The translations under genes were made by a program, and so were the position numbers. Under the pieces are notes generated by a model. It was given only the letters and a program-made list of their open reading frames with translations, had not been told where the DNA came from and did no database searches. Below, piece after piece: positions 26,373 through 36,867 of a DNA stretch of 64,000 nt; positions within the stretch are counted from its first letter, which is position 1, and every line of letters starts with the position of its first letter. The stretch is from Callorhinchus milii (taxonomy: Eukaryota), in contig NW_024704742.1 of NCBI RefSeq assembly GCF_018977255.1, forward strand, positions 69,194,001-69,258,000, given 5' to 3'.

Positions 26373-28318
26373 CTTTAAATACGGGACGCAGTTGACCCAG
26401 TTTTAAAGCGTCTGGGTTCCTTTATTTTCCTACTAGAAAAGGGAGCTTCTCTCTCCCCTGTGTCCTGGCCAACAATCCCTAAATAAAATTGGTCACTCAA
26501 TCCACGACTGTTTGTGAGACACTGCTGTGCGTAACTGGTTGCCATGTTTCATCCACAAAATACAGTCAATCCACTTTACAGTATATTCTGTGAAGTGCTT
26601 TGTGATGTCTCAACAATGTAATAAGGCGCTATATCAGCGACTATTATTAATAATATTAATATTATTATTGTGCAGTGAAGTGCAGATGGGAAGAACAGAT
26701 TTGGTTTGTTCCTGTCCTATTTGTTTAAAAAATAAACTTTTTGTTTTCTTAAAATTCGTTTGTCAAATATTCTGAATGGGGCAAATTTTAGCTGGAGATT
26801 TCTTTTAATGTTACATTTACATGTTGGATATATTAAATATACAAGGATTATTATTATTATTAAATAATGATAATATTATTAGTTATTATTAACTCTGTCC
26901 CAAATTACAAATCATATTAAATATTGGATACACACAACCTGCCATCAATTATCTCGAAAAATACATTATCCTTTTTTTAAATATATATATATATGTGTGT
27001 ATATGTATGTTTATTTTTTTGAAAGGCAACTAACTCTGTGTGTAGTTTTTTATATATAAAAAGAAAAAAAAGTGAGAAGTAAAGAGACTGAAAGGAGATA
27101 GAGGAATAAAAAAAGAAAGAGAATGAAAAAGACGGGTGAGAAAATACAAGAGAGGAAAATACGTGAAAAAGAGTAAGAAAAAAAAGGAGAGGGAGAAGAT
27201 TTGGGATTAAAAATGACTAAGTTCCCATTGACCGTTTTACTGAACAGTTTACAAGTTGATGAAACTATACCATTTTGTCATATGTAATTGCTAACTTTGA
27301 ACAAAAATTCCTCAGCCCCTGAAAGTCAACAATTTGGGCATAAATTGATTTTTTTTTCTTCATTCGTTTTCTATTTACTTATATACTGTATCTCTCTCTC
27401 TTTCCCTTTTCTTTCTCGTTCGTTGTTTCTTTATCTCTACACCTTCTCTCTTTCCTTCTACTTGTTTTCTTTCACTCTTTTAATTTATCGCCATCTCTTG
27501 TATTTTCTCTTTTTTCTTTATCTTTCTTTTTAAATTCCCTTTCTCTCTTTCTTACTCCACCTTTTCTCTTCCTCTTTCTCTCTCTCTCTCTCTTTCTTTC
27601 CCCACTATTCACATCTCTGTTTTCACTGTTAAAAGGTAACGTTTCTTTTAACCCCAAATAGACAAATGAGCTTTGCATTTATTTTACAGTCGGTTCCAGA
27701 CATGAAACCTCACCACGACCCCAAAGTAAAGATTACTTCGACTTTGCAAAACAAGTTATACTTTTTGACTGTACAAAAGCAACACACAGATGTGCAAATG
27801 AAATGCACTTTAATATTATAAAGCTGCAAACCTTCATATTATCACCTGTCCCTCGTAGAGTGTGCAATAGCCAACAGGATCAGGCGTGTGGGTAAAACAA
27901 GTTAGTTTACCAGGTTTAACGAATCCCCTTCGAATTCAGCGCATTTTGAGGGTTTAAAAGTCTTCTTTTTGCTGTCAATAACACATGCAATTGCAAGTGT
28001 CCATCTCTCCCACTTTTGCCCCAGGGGCCAGCAATGCAGATTGCAAGTCGCAATGATTTTGTGTTGAAACGAAAGATTTGTATTAGTGTTAAAAGCAAAC
28101 TCCCCCTTCCAAAAAAATGCAACTGCAGAATATAATATATATTATAATTGCAGAATACAAACGTGTGGAGTTTTAGGTGGTATGAGTTGGCCTGAAAATG
28201 GGGAGGGAGAGGGAGGGAGACATGAATGCCTTTTAACTGGTTTTGCCTTTGCAAAATGGGCTGAAAAGGCTGTGTAACAAACACACAGTCACACCATCTC
28301 CTCTGGGAGTGAGCAGCT

Positions 28319-28589
28319 GGAGAGGGAGAAGGGGGGAGAGAGAGAGAGAGAAGAGAGGGGGGGGGGGGGGGAGAGAGAGAGAGAGGGGGGGAAGAGGGGG
28401 GGGAGGGAGAGAGGGGGGGAGGGAGAGGGGAGAGGGGGGGGAGAGGAGAGAGAGAGAAGAGGGGGGGGGAGAGAGAGGGGGGGGGGGGGAGAGAGGGGGG
28501 AGAGGAGAGAGGGAGGGGATGAGAGAGAGGGAGAGAAAAGGGGGAGAGAGAGAGAGAGAGAGAAGGGGAGAGAGAGGGGTGGAGGGGAA
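28319..28589 (+). repeat. ~270-bp polypurine (G/A) tract
   Basis: Only two pyrimidines (T at 28520 and 28580); long G runs. Confidence 0.95.
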
Positions 28590-29626
28590 CTGGTGTGTTT
28601 TTCTTATCCTAAGAGTTGGATAAATTCTTTGCAGTGATCTGGGTTTCCAGACTTGTTTTCTTGTTAAGTTATTTGAAAGGCAACACGAGGTGTCCAGAGT
28701 TGTTGTTGTTGTTGTTGTCGTTGTTAGCAATGATCAGAATAAGTGACTGTGCCTTTTGTGGGCGAAATGGGGGTGGGGGGGACAGCCAAACGGTGGTGGG
28801 TTGAGCCCCCGACTGATTCATTCGCAAAAACCACTCCACATATTGGCTGTTCGGCAACGCTGTCCCTTTGCAAAGCGCACAGTTAGCGAATCGGGCCACG
28901 CATTTTAACGCTGTAACGAATGAGGTTTGGGTAAAGAAGCAAATGCACAGTGACTGCTGCTGTTCGGGAGGACCCCCAGCGAAACCCTCCCCGCATTATA
29001 GAGCACCAGACAAGCGAGGAGAGAAGGCAGGGCATGAAAATGCGCCCTTTCGCTACTTTTTTTCGAAACGACAGAGGGGGTTTGGTCGCGAGTTTGCATT
29101 GTTTGGTTTGCATTGATTATTTTGCACAATAAAAGGTGGGGCTTTTTTTAACAGTTTTTTTTTAAACTCCCCCCCACCCCCCCACCCCCCCCATCCCCAT
29201 CCCCTCTTTCTCGAAATGCTGCCTTTCCAATTTCATTGAAGTCGTTGAAAAACAGAAATGAAAGGTATTTATTTAAAGGGTTAAAAAAAAATACTCCCCC
29301 CCACCACCACTTTCTGTCAAATGTTATTTTGCTTTTGCATTGCAATATCTCCCTTTGTGCAAGACTTGATCCCTGCAAATAATGAGACATTTTCTCTCTC
29401 TCTCTCTCCCAATCAATTCAGATAAACTTTCCTACTGGGAACAGAGAGAGAAAGACAAGAGAGAAATGTTAAGGGGATCTCAACGTGTCGTTGTCTGTCT
29501 CTGGTCTGTCTCTGTGTGTCTGTCTGTCTGTTTAGCCCCCTCCCAAGTGACCATGATGGGAAAGGAGGGAGTGAGTATGAGGAGAGTGGGAGGGAGGGAG
29601 GGGAGGGACAGAGAGAGAGAGGGAGG

Positions 29627-29646
29627 AGATAAGCCACATATAAATA
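29627..29646 (+). promoter_or_regulatory. Candidate core promoter: GATA site next to a TATA box
   Basis: AGATAAG 29627-29633 and TATAAATA 29639-29646, about 260 bp upstream of the ATG. CCAAT (29409-29413) and AGATAA (29420-29425) lie further upstream. The TSS is inferred near 29670. Confidence 0.6.
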
Positions 29647-29900
29647 CAGGATCACTAGCATTTTTTCCCCACCTGTTGGTAGAAAATACCTGAAGAGCTT
29701 TCCTCTTGTCCTCTCTCGGTCTCTGTGTCTCTCATACACCTACACACAAAAGTTCTCTCTTACACTCACACCTCTCACACACATAAGTTCTGTGTGTGTG
29801 TGTGTCTCTCTGTGTGTGTGTGTGTCTCTCTCACACACACAAGTTCTCTCTCTTGTCTCACACACACACAGAAGCTCCCCCTGGGTGGGGCTGATGGATT

Positions 29901-30459
29901 ATGAAACCTGTTGGCTTGCATGACTTGGAGCCACCTTATCTACGTCCTAGGACAGCACAGGAGATGTACTGCGAGAACTTGAGCGCCTACCAACATCAAC
30001 AACAGCACCAGAGACCGGCCACTTACCCCATCGGTGACTACTCTAACCCCTACTTGTGGCTCAACACCCCGGGGGCAGTCAGCGCCTCCCCCCCACCTTA
30101 CCTGCACCCTAGTGGGGGCGCGTCTCCATCCTTCGTGCCCTCTTCTTCCTACGGCTCCCAGAAGCCGTTTGTGCCTGGCTCTGGTGGCTTCTCAAACGCC
30201 GATCTGGGCTGGTTGTCCATCAGCAGCCAAGAGGAGCTTCTCAAGCTGGTCAGACCGCCTTACTCCTACTCTGCTCTCATCGCCATGGCCATTCAGAGTG
30301 CCCCAGACAAGAGGTTGACCCTCAGTCACATCTACCAGTATGTGGCTGACAACTTTCCCTTCTACAAGAGGAGCAAAGCTGGCTGGCAGAACTCCATCCG
30401 ACACAACCTCTCCCTCAATGATTGCTTCAAGAAGGTGCCCAGAGATGAGGACGACCCGG
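29901..30459 (+). CDS. foxi: FoxI-class forkhead transcription factor, coding exon 1 (N-terminus and first part of the forkhead domain); closest in character to Foxi3/Xenopus foxi1c-type proteins, paralog not certain
   Basis: Translation contains the FoxI N-terminal motifs NPYLWLN and [32 protein letters not shown]...[23 protein letters not shown]. It ends at donor CCG G|GTAAGA (GT at 30460-30461), the conserved FoxI intron position. An alternative in-frame ATG lies at 29964 (MYCEN). Confidence 0.95.
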
Positions 30460-30584
30460 GTAAGAAGGCGAGCGCTCCCAGGCGCTATCATGATAATCAG
30501 AAATAATAGTAATAATCTTTGCATTTGATATAGTGCCTAAGAATGTCAGAAGGACATTGCAAGGAGCTTCTTGGGATGTACCGT

Positions 30585-30835
30585 GAAATAATAATAGTTC
30601 TTGCATTTGATATCGCGCCTTATCACGATGTTGTGAAGTCTCAAAGAGCTTCCCAGAATATATTGTAAAGTGAAAATTGACTATATTTTGTGGGCAAAAC
30701 ATAGCAGCCAATTGGCACAGCAGTGTCCTACAAATTCAGTGACCACATATTTTTTTGGAGGGATTATTACCCCCCGGAAAGCAATCCGCCAATCGACTAA
30801 CAATCGGGTTCCCACTTACTGCTCGGGATTCCACA
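30585..30835 (-). mobile_element. SINE A fragment (intronic, antisense)
   Basis: Reverse tail and middle domain. Confidence 0.75.
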
Positions 30836-31201
30836 GTAAAATTATAAATAATAATACTTGCATTTGTTACAGTGCCTTAACACGTTGGAAGTACATCTCA
30901 AACCAGTTCTCAGGATTTACCATGAAATAACGGAGAGGCTGTATAGTTTGTAGGCAAGTGCGGCAGCAAAATTTTCACACAGCAATGTCCTGCCAACACT
31001 AGTAGATGCAAAACGCTCGCTTCCTTTTGCTTATTCTCTCTCTCGCTTCTCGGCTCTAAAACACTCTGAAACCTCCTTTGCTCAATAAATCCTTATTTCG
31101 CCCACAAAACGCGGTCAATCCTTTTTACAGTGTATCCTGTGAAGCACTTTGAGATGTCTCAAGGGCATGATAAGGCGCTATATCAAATGCATTATTATCA
31201 T

Positions 31202-31484
31202 TCAGGATGCGTCCCTCCAGGGAGAGAGTGCGCATTCCATTCCAACAATGTATCTGGGATTTCCATGTGCAGGTTCGCCCACAAATATACAGTCAATTCA
31301 CTTTACAGTGTGTTCTGTGAAGCGCTTTGGGACGTCCTCCCGACGTGAAAAGCGCTATATCAAATGCAAGGATTATTATTATTATTATAGGTGGGATGCA
31401 TGGAATTCTCAGTTTGGTTTGGAGACTCTTAAGCATGGGGATGGGTTTCCACATGTGTCAGACACCCGGCTGTCCAAGCAAAAA
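31202..31484 (+). mobile_element. Element X 3' part split by a 5'-truncated short-subfamily SINE A (about 31275-31388)
   Basis: AGGT is present on both sides of the insert (31271-31274 and 31389-31392). Confidence 0.8.
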
Positions 31485-31989
31485 TAATTATTATAGATGC
31501 CATCTCCTAATAGTTATCTCTACCACCCCAAAACCCAACCGCACCAACCTCTAACCTACAAACTACCCCACCCCACCCAGCCCCGTAAAGAGAGTGATTA
31601 ATGTCATTTTCTGTGGCAGATTTGGACCACGATCACTATCCTGTAAAATGTGATAATTATTGCATCGAATCTTCTATTGAGAGTTTGCACTGTAGTAAGT
31701 CTCTTTTTCTCTTTGACTCACACGCAAACAGAGCTCAATTATTCCAACTGATTGCTTTGAAATAGACAATTGTGATATATATATATATATATTTTGATGG
31801 ATCCCGTTCCTTTAAGTGGTTACCACTAGCCACTGTCTGTCACTCTCTCTGTTACATTTTCGAAGGGGGAAGTGGGGTTGTTATGGGGAAGAGGGGCGGC
31901 ATTTAACAAGAAAATAATACAGTAAAACTTGCATTAATCTGATCTGTGTAAATCATACAATTGTCTAAGTTGTACATCTGTTCAACTTT

Positions 31990-32370
31990 GTGGAGTCCTG
32001 TAGCGTAGTGGTTAGAGCACTTGCCTTACAAGTGAGAGGACTTGAGTTTGATTCCCAGGCCGGGCAAAATGTTAGGCAAGTTTCCTTACTCCATACGCCA
32101 CTGTTTATCAAGCAGCAAGTAGGAACTTTGTTGTTTCGCTATTGGCAGATTGCTTTTCTGGGGGTAATAATCACTTAAAAAAAGTGATTCCCTCAATCCA
32201 CAACTGTTGGTGGGACACAGCTGTGCGTAATTGGCTGCCACGTTTCGCCCACAAAATATACAGTCAATTTTACTTTTACAGTATATTCTGTGAAGCGCTT
32301 TGAGATGTCTCAAAGAAGTGATAAGGGGCTGTATCAAATGCAAGGATTATTATTATTGTTATTATTATTC
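31990..32370 (+). mobile_element. SINE family A, full length (intronic)
   Basis: Complete copy. Confidence 0.85.
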
Positions 32371-32396
32371 TAAGTCCTGTTCAAGAGTTTATATTC

Positions 32397-32483
32397 TATG
32401 TAAATGTGACATAACTCATACTCTGCATAAATCATATTAAATGTACAGTCCCAACTGATAAGACTTACGTGAGGTTTACTGTA
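32397..32483 (-). mobile_element. Tigger/pogo-like MITE end
   Basis: Reverse complement TA-CAGTAAACCTCACGTAAGTCTTATCAGTTGGGA..., homologous to 14439-14488 plus 14816-14850. Confidence 0.55.
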
Positions 32484-32794
32484 TTACAAATCTCCCTGTA
32501 TTTTGTGTCTAGTTTTATGCTTTTTTGTCTTGCCTCGGCATTGGAATTTAAAATTTATTTTGTGATATATATTTAAAATAGTTTCTCTCCATACAATATG
32601 GGTTGAGTGATTGATCCCAGGTTGATTGGAAGGCTGTGTGGGTTTGACAATGTAACATCTGCTGTTCATTTTGCTTCGCAGTCCCAAATTTTTGTTTTGA
32701 TTGAATTTCTATTTTTTGGGGTAAGGGGGCTTAATTTGAAAATAAATATAAATTCAAAATAATGTGATGGGGGCGCAGGAAAGTTGTGGGGGGA

Positions 32795-33222
32795 ATAGAA
32801 TCCTATAACGTATTGGTTAGAGCACTCGTCTCGCAAGAGTGAGGACCCGGGTTCGATTCCCAGGCAAGTTTCCTTACTCCACACGTCTCTGTCGGGTCTC
32901 CATCCCGATGTGAAAGGCATTTACAAATGTAATATCATTTGTTGTTTACCTAACAGTAAGTAGGAGCCCGGTTGTCAGTGGATCACATTTCTGGGAGTAA
33001 TAATCCCTTAAAAAAAATTGGTCCCTCAATTCATGACTGTTTGTGGGACACTGCTGTGCACACTTGGCTGCGGCGTTTCACCCACAAAAATACAAAAATA
33101 CACAGAATATATTGTATATTCGTATACGTCAATTCACTTTTCAATATACTCTGTGAAACGCTTTGAGACGATTCAATGATGTGATAAGGGGCTACATCAA
33201 AATGCAAGGATTATTATTATTA
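32795..33222 (+). mobile_element. SINE family A (intronic), with an L2-tail insert
   Basis: Head, middle and tail are recognisable. Confidence 0.75.
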
Positions 33223-33341
33223 CTTGGGTGCATCTGTAATGACAGTTTTGCAAGATGAGTGTTGATGTGGTGGGGAGAATTGACATCTATATACTGTATA
33301 AATTACATTATATTTTTTTTGTTTGCGACTGATTTGCACAG

Positions 33342-33874
33342 GGAAAGGCAATTATTGGACTCTGGACCCGAACTGCGAGAAAATGTTCGACAACGGGAAT
33401 TTCCGCAGGAAGAGAAAGCGCCGGAGCGAGTCCGGCTCGGGTCCCCTGAAGCCCGGGGACAGTGGCTTAGGGGCTGGCTTGAAGGCGGAGGAGAGCCCCA
33501 CAGGCGGGCTGGACACGGGGGTGAGGGAGCTCGAGCGGTCGGGGGGCTCCCCAGACCCCGAGGGCAAACCCAGTCCGTGTCTCAGTGGCTTTTTCAGCAG
33601 CGTTGCAGCCATCAGTGGCGCTCCGGCCAACAGGCAGGTTTCCGTGGGATTCACCGGGAACTTGACTCAGAGGAGCGTCACAGGAATGGCCGCTTCCTAC
33701 TGCACGAGTGGTGCCGGCCTGTCCTCGCACGAATCCTCAGATACAGTGGACGCAATCCACCTGAACCGTCCCGCTTACTACAACTCCTTCCCCACCGGCC
33801 AAGCCAGCTGTCACTTCTACAACAGCTTCAGTGTGAATAGTTTGATCTACCCCAGGGAAGGCACCGAGGTCTGA
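33342..33874 (+). CDS. foxi: FoxI-class forkhead transcription factor, coding exon 2 (end of forkhead domain, NLS, C-terminus)
   Basis: T-rich tract and TTTGCACAG acceptor (AG 33340-33341). G|GG restores the Gly codon, giving [30 protein letters not shown] ... [19 protein letters not shown], the FoxI-typical C-terminus. Exon lengths 559+533 = 1092 nt = 363 aa plus stop. Confidence 0.95.
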
Positions 33875-33984
33875 GGATTGCAAGGGACGGGCATCGACTC
33901 TGCAAAGATTCCCTCCCTCCCTCTCTCACTCCCACACATAAGTTCCTTTCTTTTTTCTTAACTTCCCGCTCATATGTTTATGTA

Positions 33985-34915
33985 TCATAATCCTCATGTT
34001 TGATACAGCCCCTGCCTTTCTACCTCTGGGAGGACGCATCAAAGCACTTCACTGCGTTGTGATCCACCAATCAACTAACAATCTGGTTCCTACTCACCGC
34101 TCGGTAAACGGGGCTTGCGGAGTAAGGAAACTTGCCTAAGGTTTCTCCCTGCCCTAGAATTGAACCCAGAATTGAATTGAATCCTCTCGCTTGCGAGGCT
34201 GACGTGCTAACCACTATGCTATGTCTTAAGTGCTTCACAGGATTTACTCTGAAGTCAGGTGAATGCATTTTAGGCAAATGCAGCAGCCCAATTGCACACA
34301 GCAACATCGTACAAAATGGCCATGAAACAAATGATTGTTTTTTAAAAAAAATTGAAGTACAATATACATCCTGTCTCCACACTCTCTCTCTGGCTTTCTC
34401 ACTCCCACTGTCCCTCCCTCCATCTCTCCCTTCTTCCCTGCCTCTCTCCCTCCCTCCCCAACTGAAGCAGGTTCTGTACAGTGAGCATGCTGTGTTGCAA
34501 CTAATTCCTATTCCTTTATAATAATAATCCTTGCATTTAATATAGTGCCTTATCACATCATCGAAATGTCTTAAAGCGCTTCACAGATTATACTGTAAAG
34601 TGATGTGACTGTATATTTTGTGGGTGAACTCGGCAGCTAATTTGCACACAGCAATGACCTACAAGCCGCCATGAAATGAATGCCCAATTTTATCTGGGGG
34701 ATTGTTGGCCAGGACACTGGGAGGGAGGAACTCCCTTCTCTTTTTGAAAAGTGCGTGGGATCTTTAACGTCCACCTGAACAGGCACAGAGGGGACCTCAG
34801 TTTAAAGTCTCATCTGAAGAACGGCACCTCCCAACATTTGCTGCACGGTACATGCACTGCATTGGAGTGTCAGCCTAGACTGTGAGTTCAAAGTTCCTTC
34901 AAGGGACTTGAATCC
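33985..34915 (-). mobile_element. Antisense SINE pieces in the inferred foxi 3' UTR (A head about 34064-34220, tail pieces, near-complete SINE B about 34517-34915)
   Basis: Reverse matches to families A and B. Confidence 0.75.
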
Positions 34916-35135
34916 ACTGGAAATACTGTATTTTTGACTATACATTGAGGTAATATCATGTGTATATATGCTCCATTACAGTTTATATTGTGTAAATTAT
35001 ACTTTTGGAAGTTACCTACTGGAAGTATGGACTTATTTATACTTTTTCAACTATTTTATTACATTCATGTGTATGATCTTTTTTCAGAGCCTAAAAATGT
35101 TGGAATCGATCAAAGAACCTGGAAATTACTTTTGG

Positions 35136-35180
35136 AATAAAAAATTGTACAGATCATTTGTCCATATGTGTTTCTGCTTT
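35136..35180 (+). terminator. Probable foxi polyadenylation signal with downstream GU-rich element
   Basis: AATAAA at 35136-35141, at the end of a unique AT-rich stretch, followed by TTTGTCCATATGTGTTTCTG. Confidence 0.55.
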
Positions 35181-35217
35181 GAGCTCGGTCAATCTCTTCC
35201 CCTCCGGGACTCCCTTT

Positions 35218-35570
35218 TAATAATAATAATCCTTGCATTTGATATTGCGCCTAATTATGTCACTGGGAGGTCTCAAAATGCTTCACAGGACATACTGTTA
35301 AGTGAATTGACTATTTTGTGTGCGAAACACTGCAGCCAATTGCACACATCAGTACCCCACAAACAGTCGTGGATTCAGGTTTTTTTGGAGGGCTTATGAA
35401 CCCCAGAAAGCAATCCTCCAATCGACTAACAACCGAGTTCCTACTTATTGCTAGATAAACAGGCGTGCAGAGTAAGGAAACCTGTGTAGATTTCACCCTG
35501 CCCGGGAATCAAACCCAAGTCCTGTCACTTACAAGGCGAGTGCACTAACCACTACAGTATGGGACTGCAC
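35218..35570 (-). mobile_element. SINE family A
   Basis: Complete reverse copy. Confidence 0.8.
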
Positions 35571-36867
35571 AAATGAGAATCATTGCTTTTAATATATTTC
35601 CTTTCACATTAGGGTGATGCCTCAGAGTGCTTCAGTGGACTTACTGTAAAGTGTAGTGACTGAGGTGAACACAGCAGCCATTTTGCATACAGCGTTACCT
35701 TACAAACAAACTTGAAATGAATCACCCATTTTATTTGTTTTTGGTCAACACAACAGGAGAAACTCCCTTCTTTTTTGAATAGCACCACGGAATCTTTAAT
35801 GTCCACCTGAGCAGGCAAAGATAGGACCTTGGTTTAACGTCTCATCCAAAGCAAAGCACCTCCGACAATGTAGTGGAGGCTCCCCCCATCTTTGGGCTGG
35901 AGTCTCCACTTTCTCACTGAAGGATAAATAAAAAATAATTCTACGCTTCGCAGAATATACTGTAAAGTGATTTGACTGTGTATTTTGTGGGCAAAACACA
36001 GCAGCCAATTGCACACAGTAGTATCCCACAAGTAGTCTTAGTTTGAATGACCACATGTTTTCTTTCTCAGTAATTGAGAAACAGAATATTTAAGAGGAAA
36101 TATAAAATGAATTTAATTTTAAAAAAAACAAAGAAGTTGTAAAATTGCCCGTTTTTGTTGTATCCACAAAGATTGGAAAGGCAATTGGTCTTAAATAGGA
36201 TTTTAAATAATTCACAGCCCCTCCACCAAATAAAACAGCCAATTCTGATCAGGAAGAACTTTGAACTGTGTGAGGGGTGGGAGAGAGAAAAATCATCTGC
36301 ATCTCGTTCTTTCCTGTTGAAAGGAAAGTTCTGATAAACTTTGCTTTGAAAAGTTACACTATTTTTAAAAAAAACAAGCAATTGTTTTAAAAAAAACTTT
36401 TGTTCATTTTTTTATATAAAAAAACGTTGAGACTGGGGATTTCCATTGATCTGTTTGCAGTGCAGACACAATGTCACTGGGGTGGGTGGTTTTGGTTTGT
36501 CTATTCACCACTCCCTACCTCTCTACAGCTCTTAAAGGGCTTTGTTTCAATGTAAAGTGTCTCCCATTGGGAAACGCCCAGACAATTACACAGGCGTCAG
36601 GTACAGACTGAGATATCCATTGAGAGGACATTAACCTGAAAACAATCACAAATCGACTCCCATCAACTGACCCTCAGGGAAAGACTTGAAATGCTCCCAT
36701 TCCACACTCCCATTAACCCCTTTCACCACATATCAACAGGTTCATTGATTTTTTTTTGGGGGGGGGGGGGGGGGTGTGTGGGGGAGATTTTACCTGGAAA
36801 GATGTTTCCCTTACCAGTTGGTATTGGTAGGTATTGCCTTGAAAATAATATATTTGTCAGCCTGGCT

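Larger units (their letters stand above)
30460..33341 (+). other. foxi intron (phase 1, GT-AG, 2882 nt)
   Basis: GTAAGA donor and CACAG acceptor join the two halves of the forkhead domain in frame. Confidence 0.93.

Noticed and set aside
28233..28730. Long ORFs over the GA, CA and CT tracts (also 43282-43800, 48301-48620, 52163-52593)
   Set aside because: Low-complexity translation artefacts.
30460..30506. Extension of the first foxi ORF to 201 aa, and the 33259/33323 ORF starts
   Set aside because: These are read-through into the intron; splice sites at 30460 and 33341 give the conserved protein.
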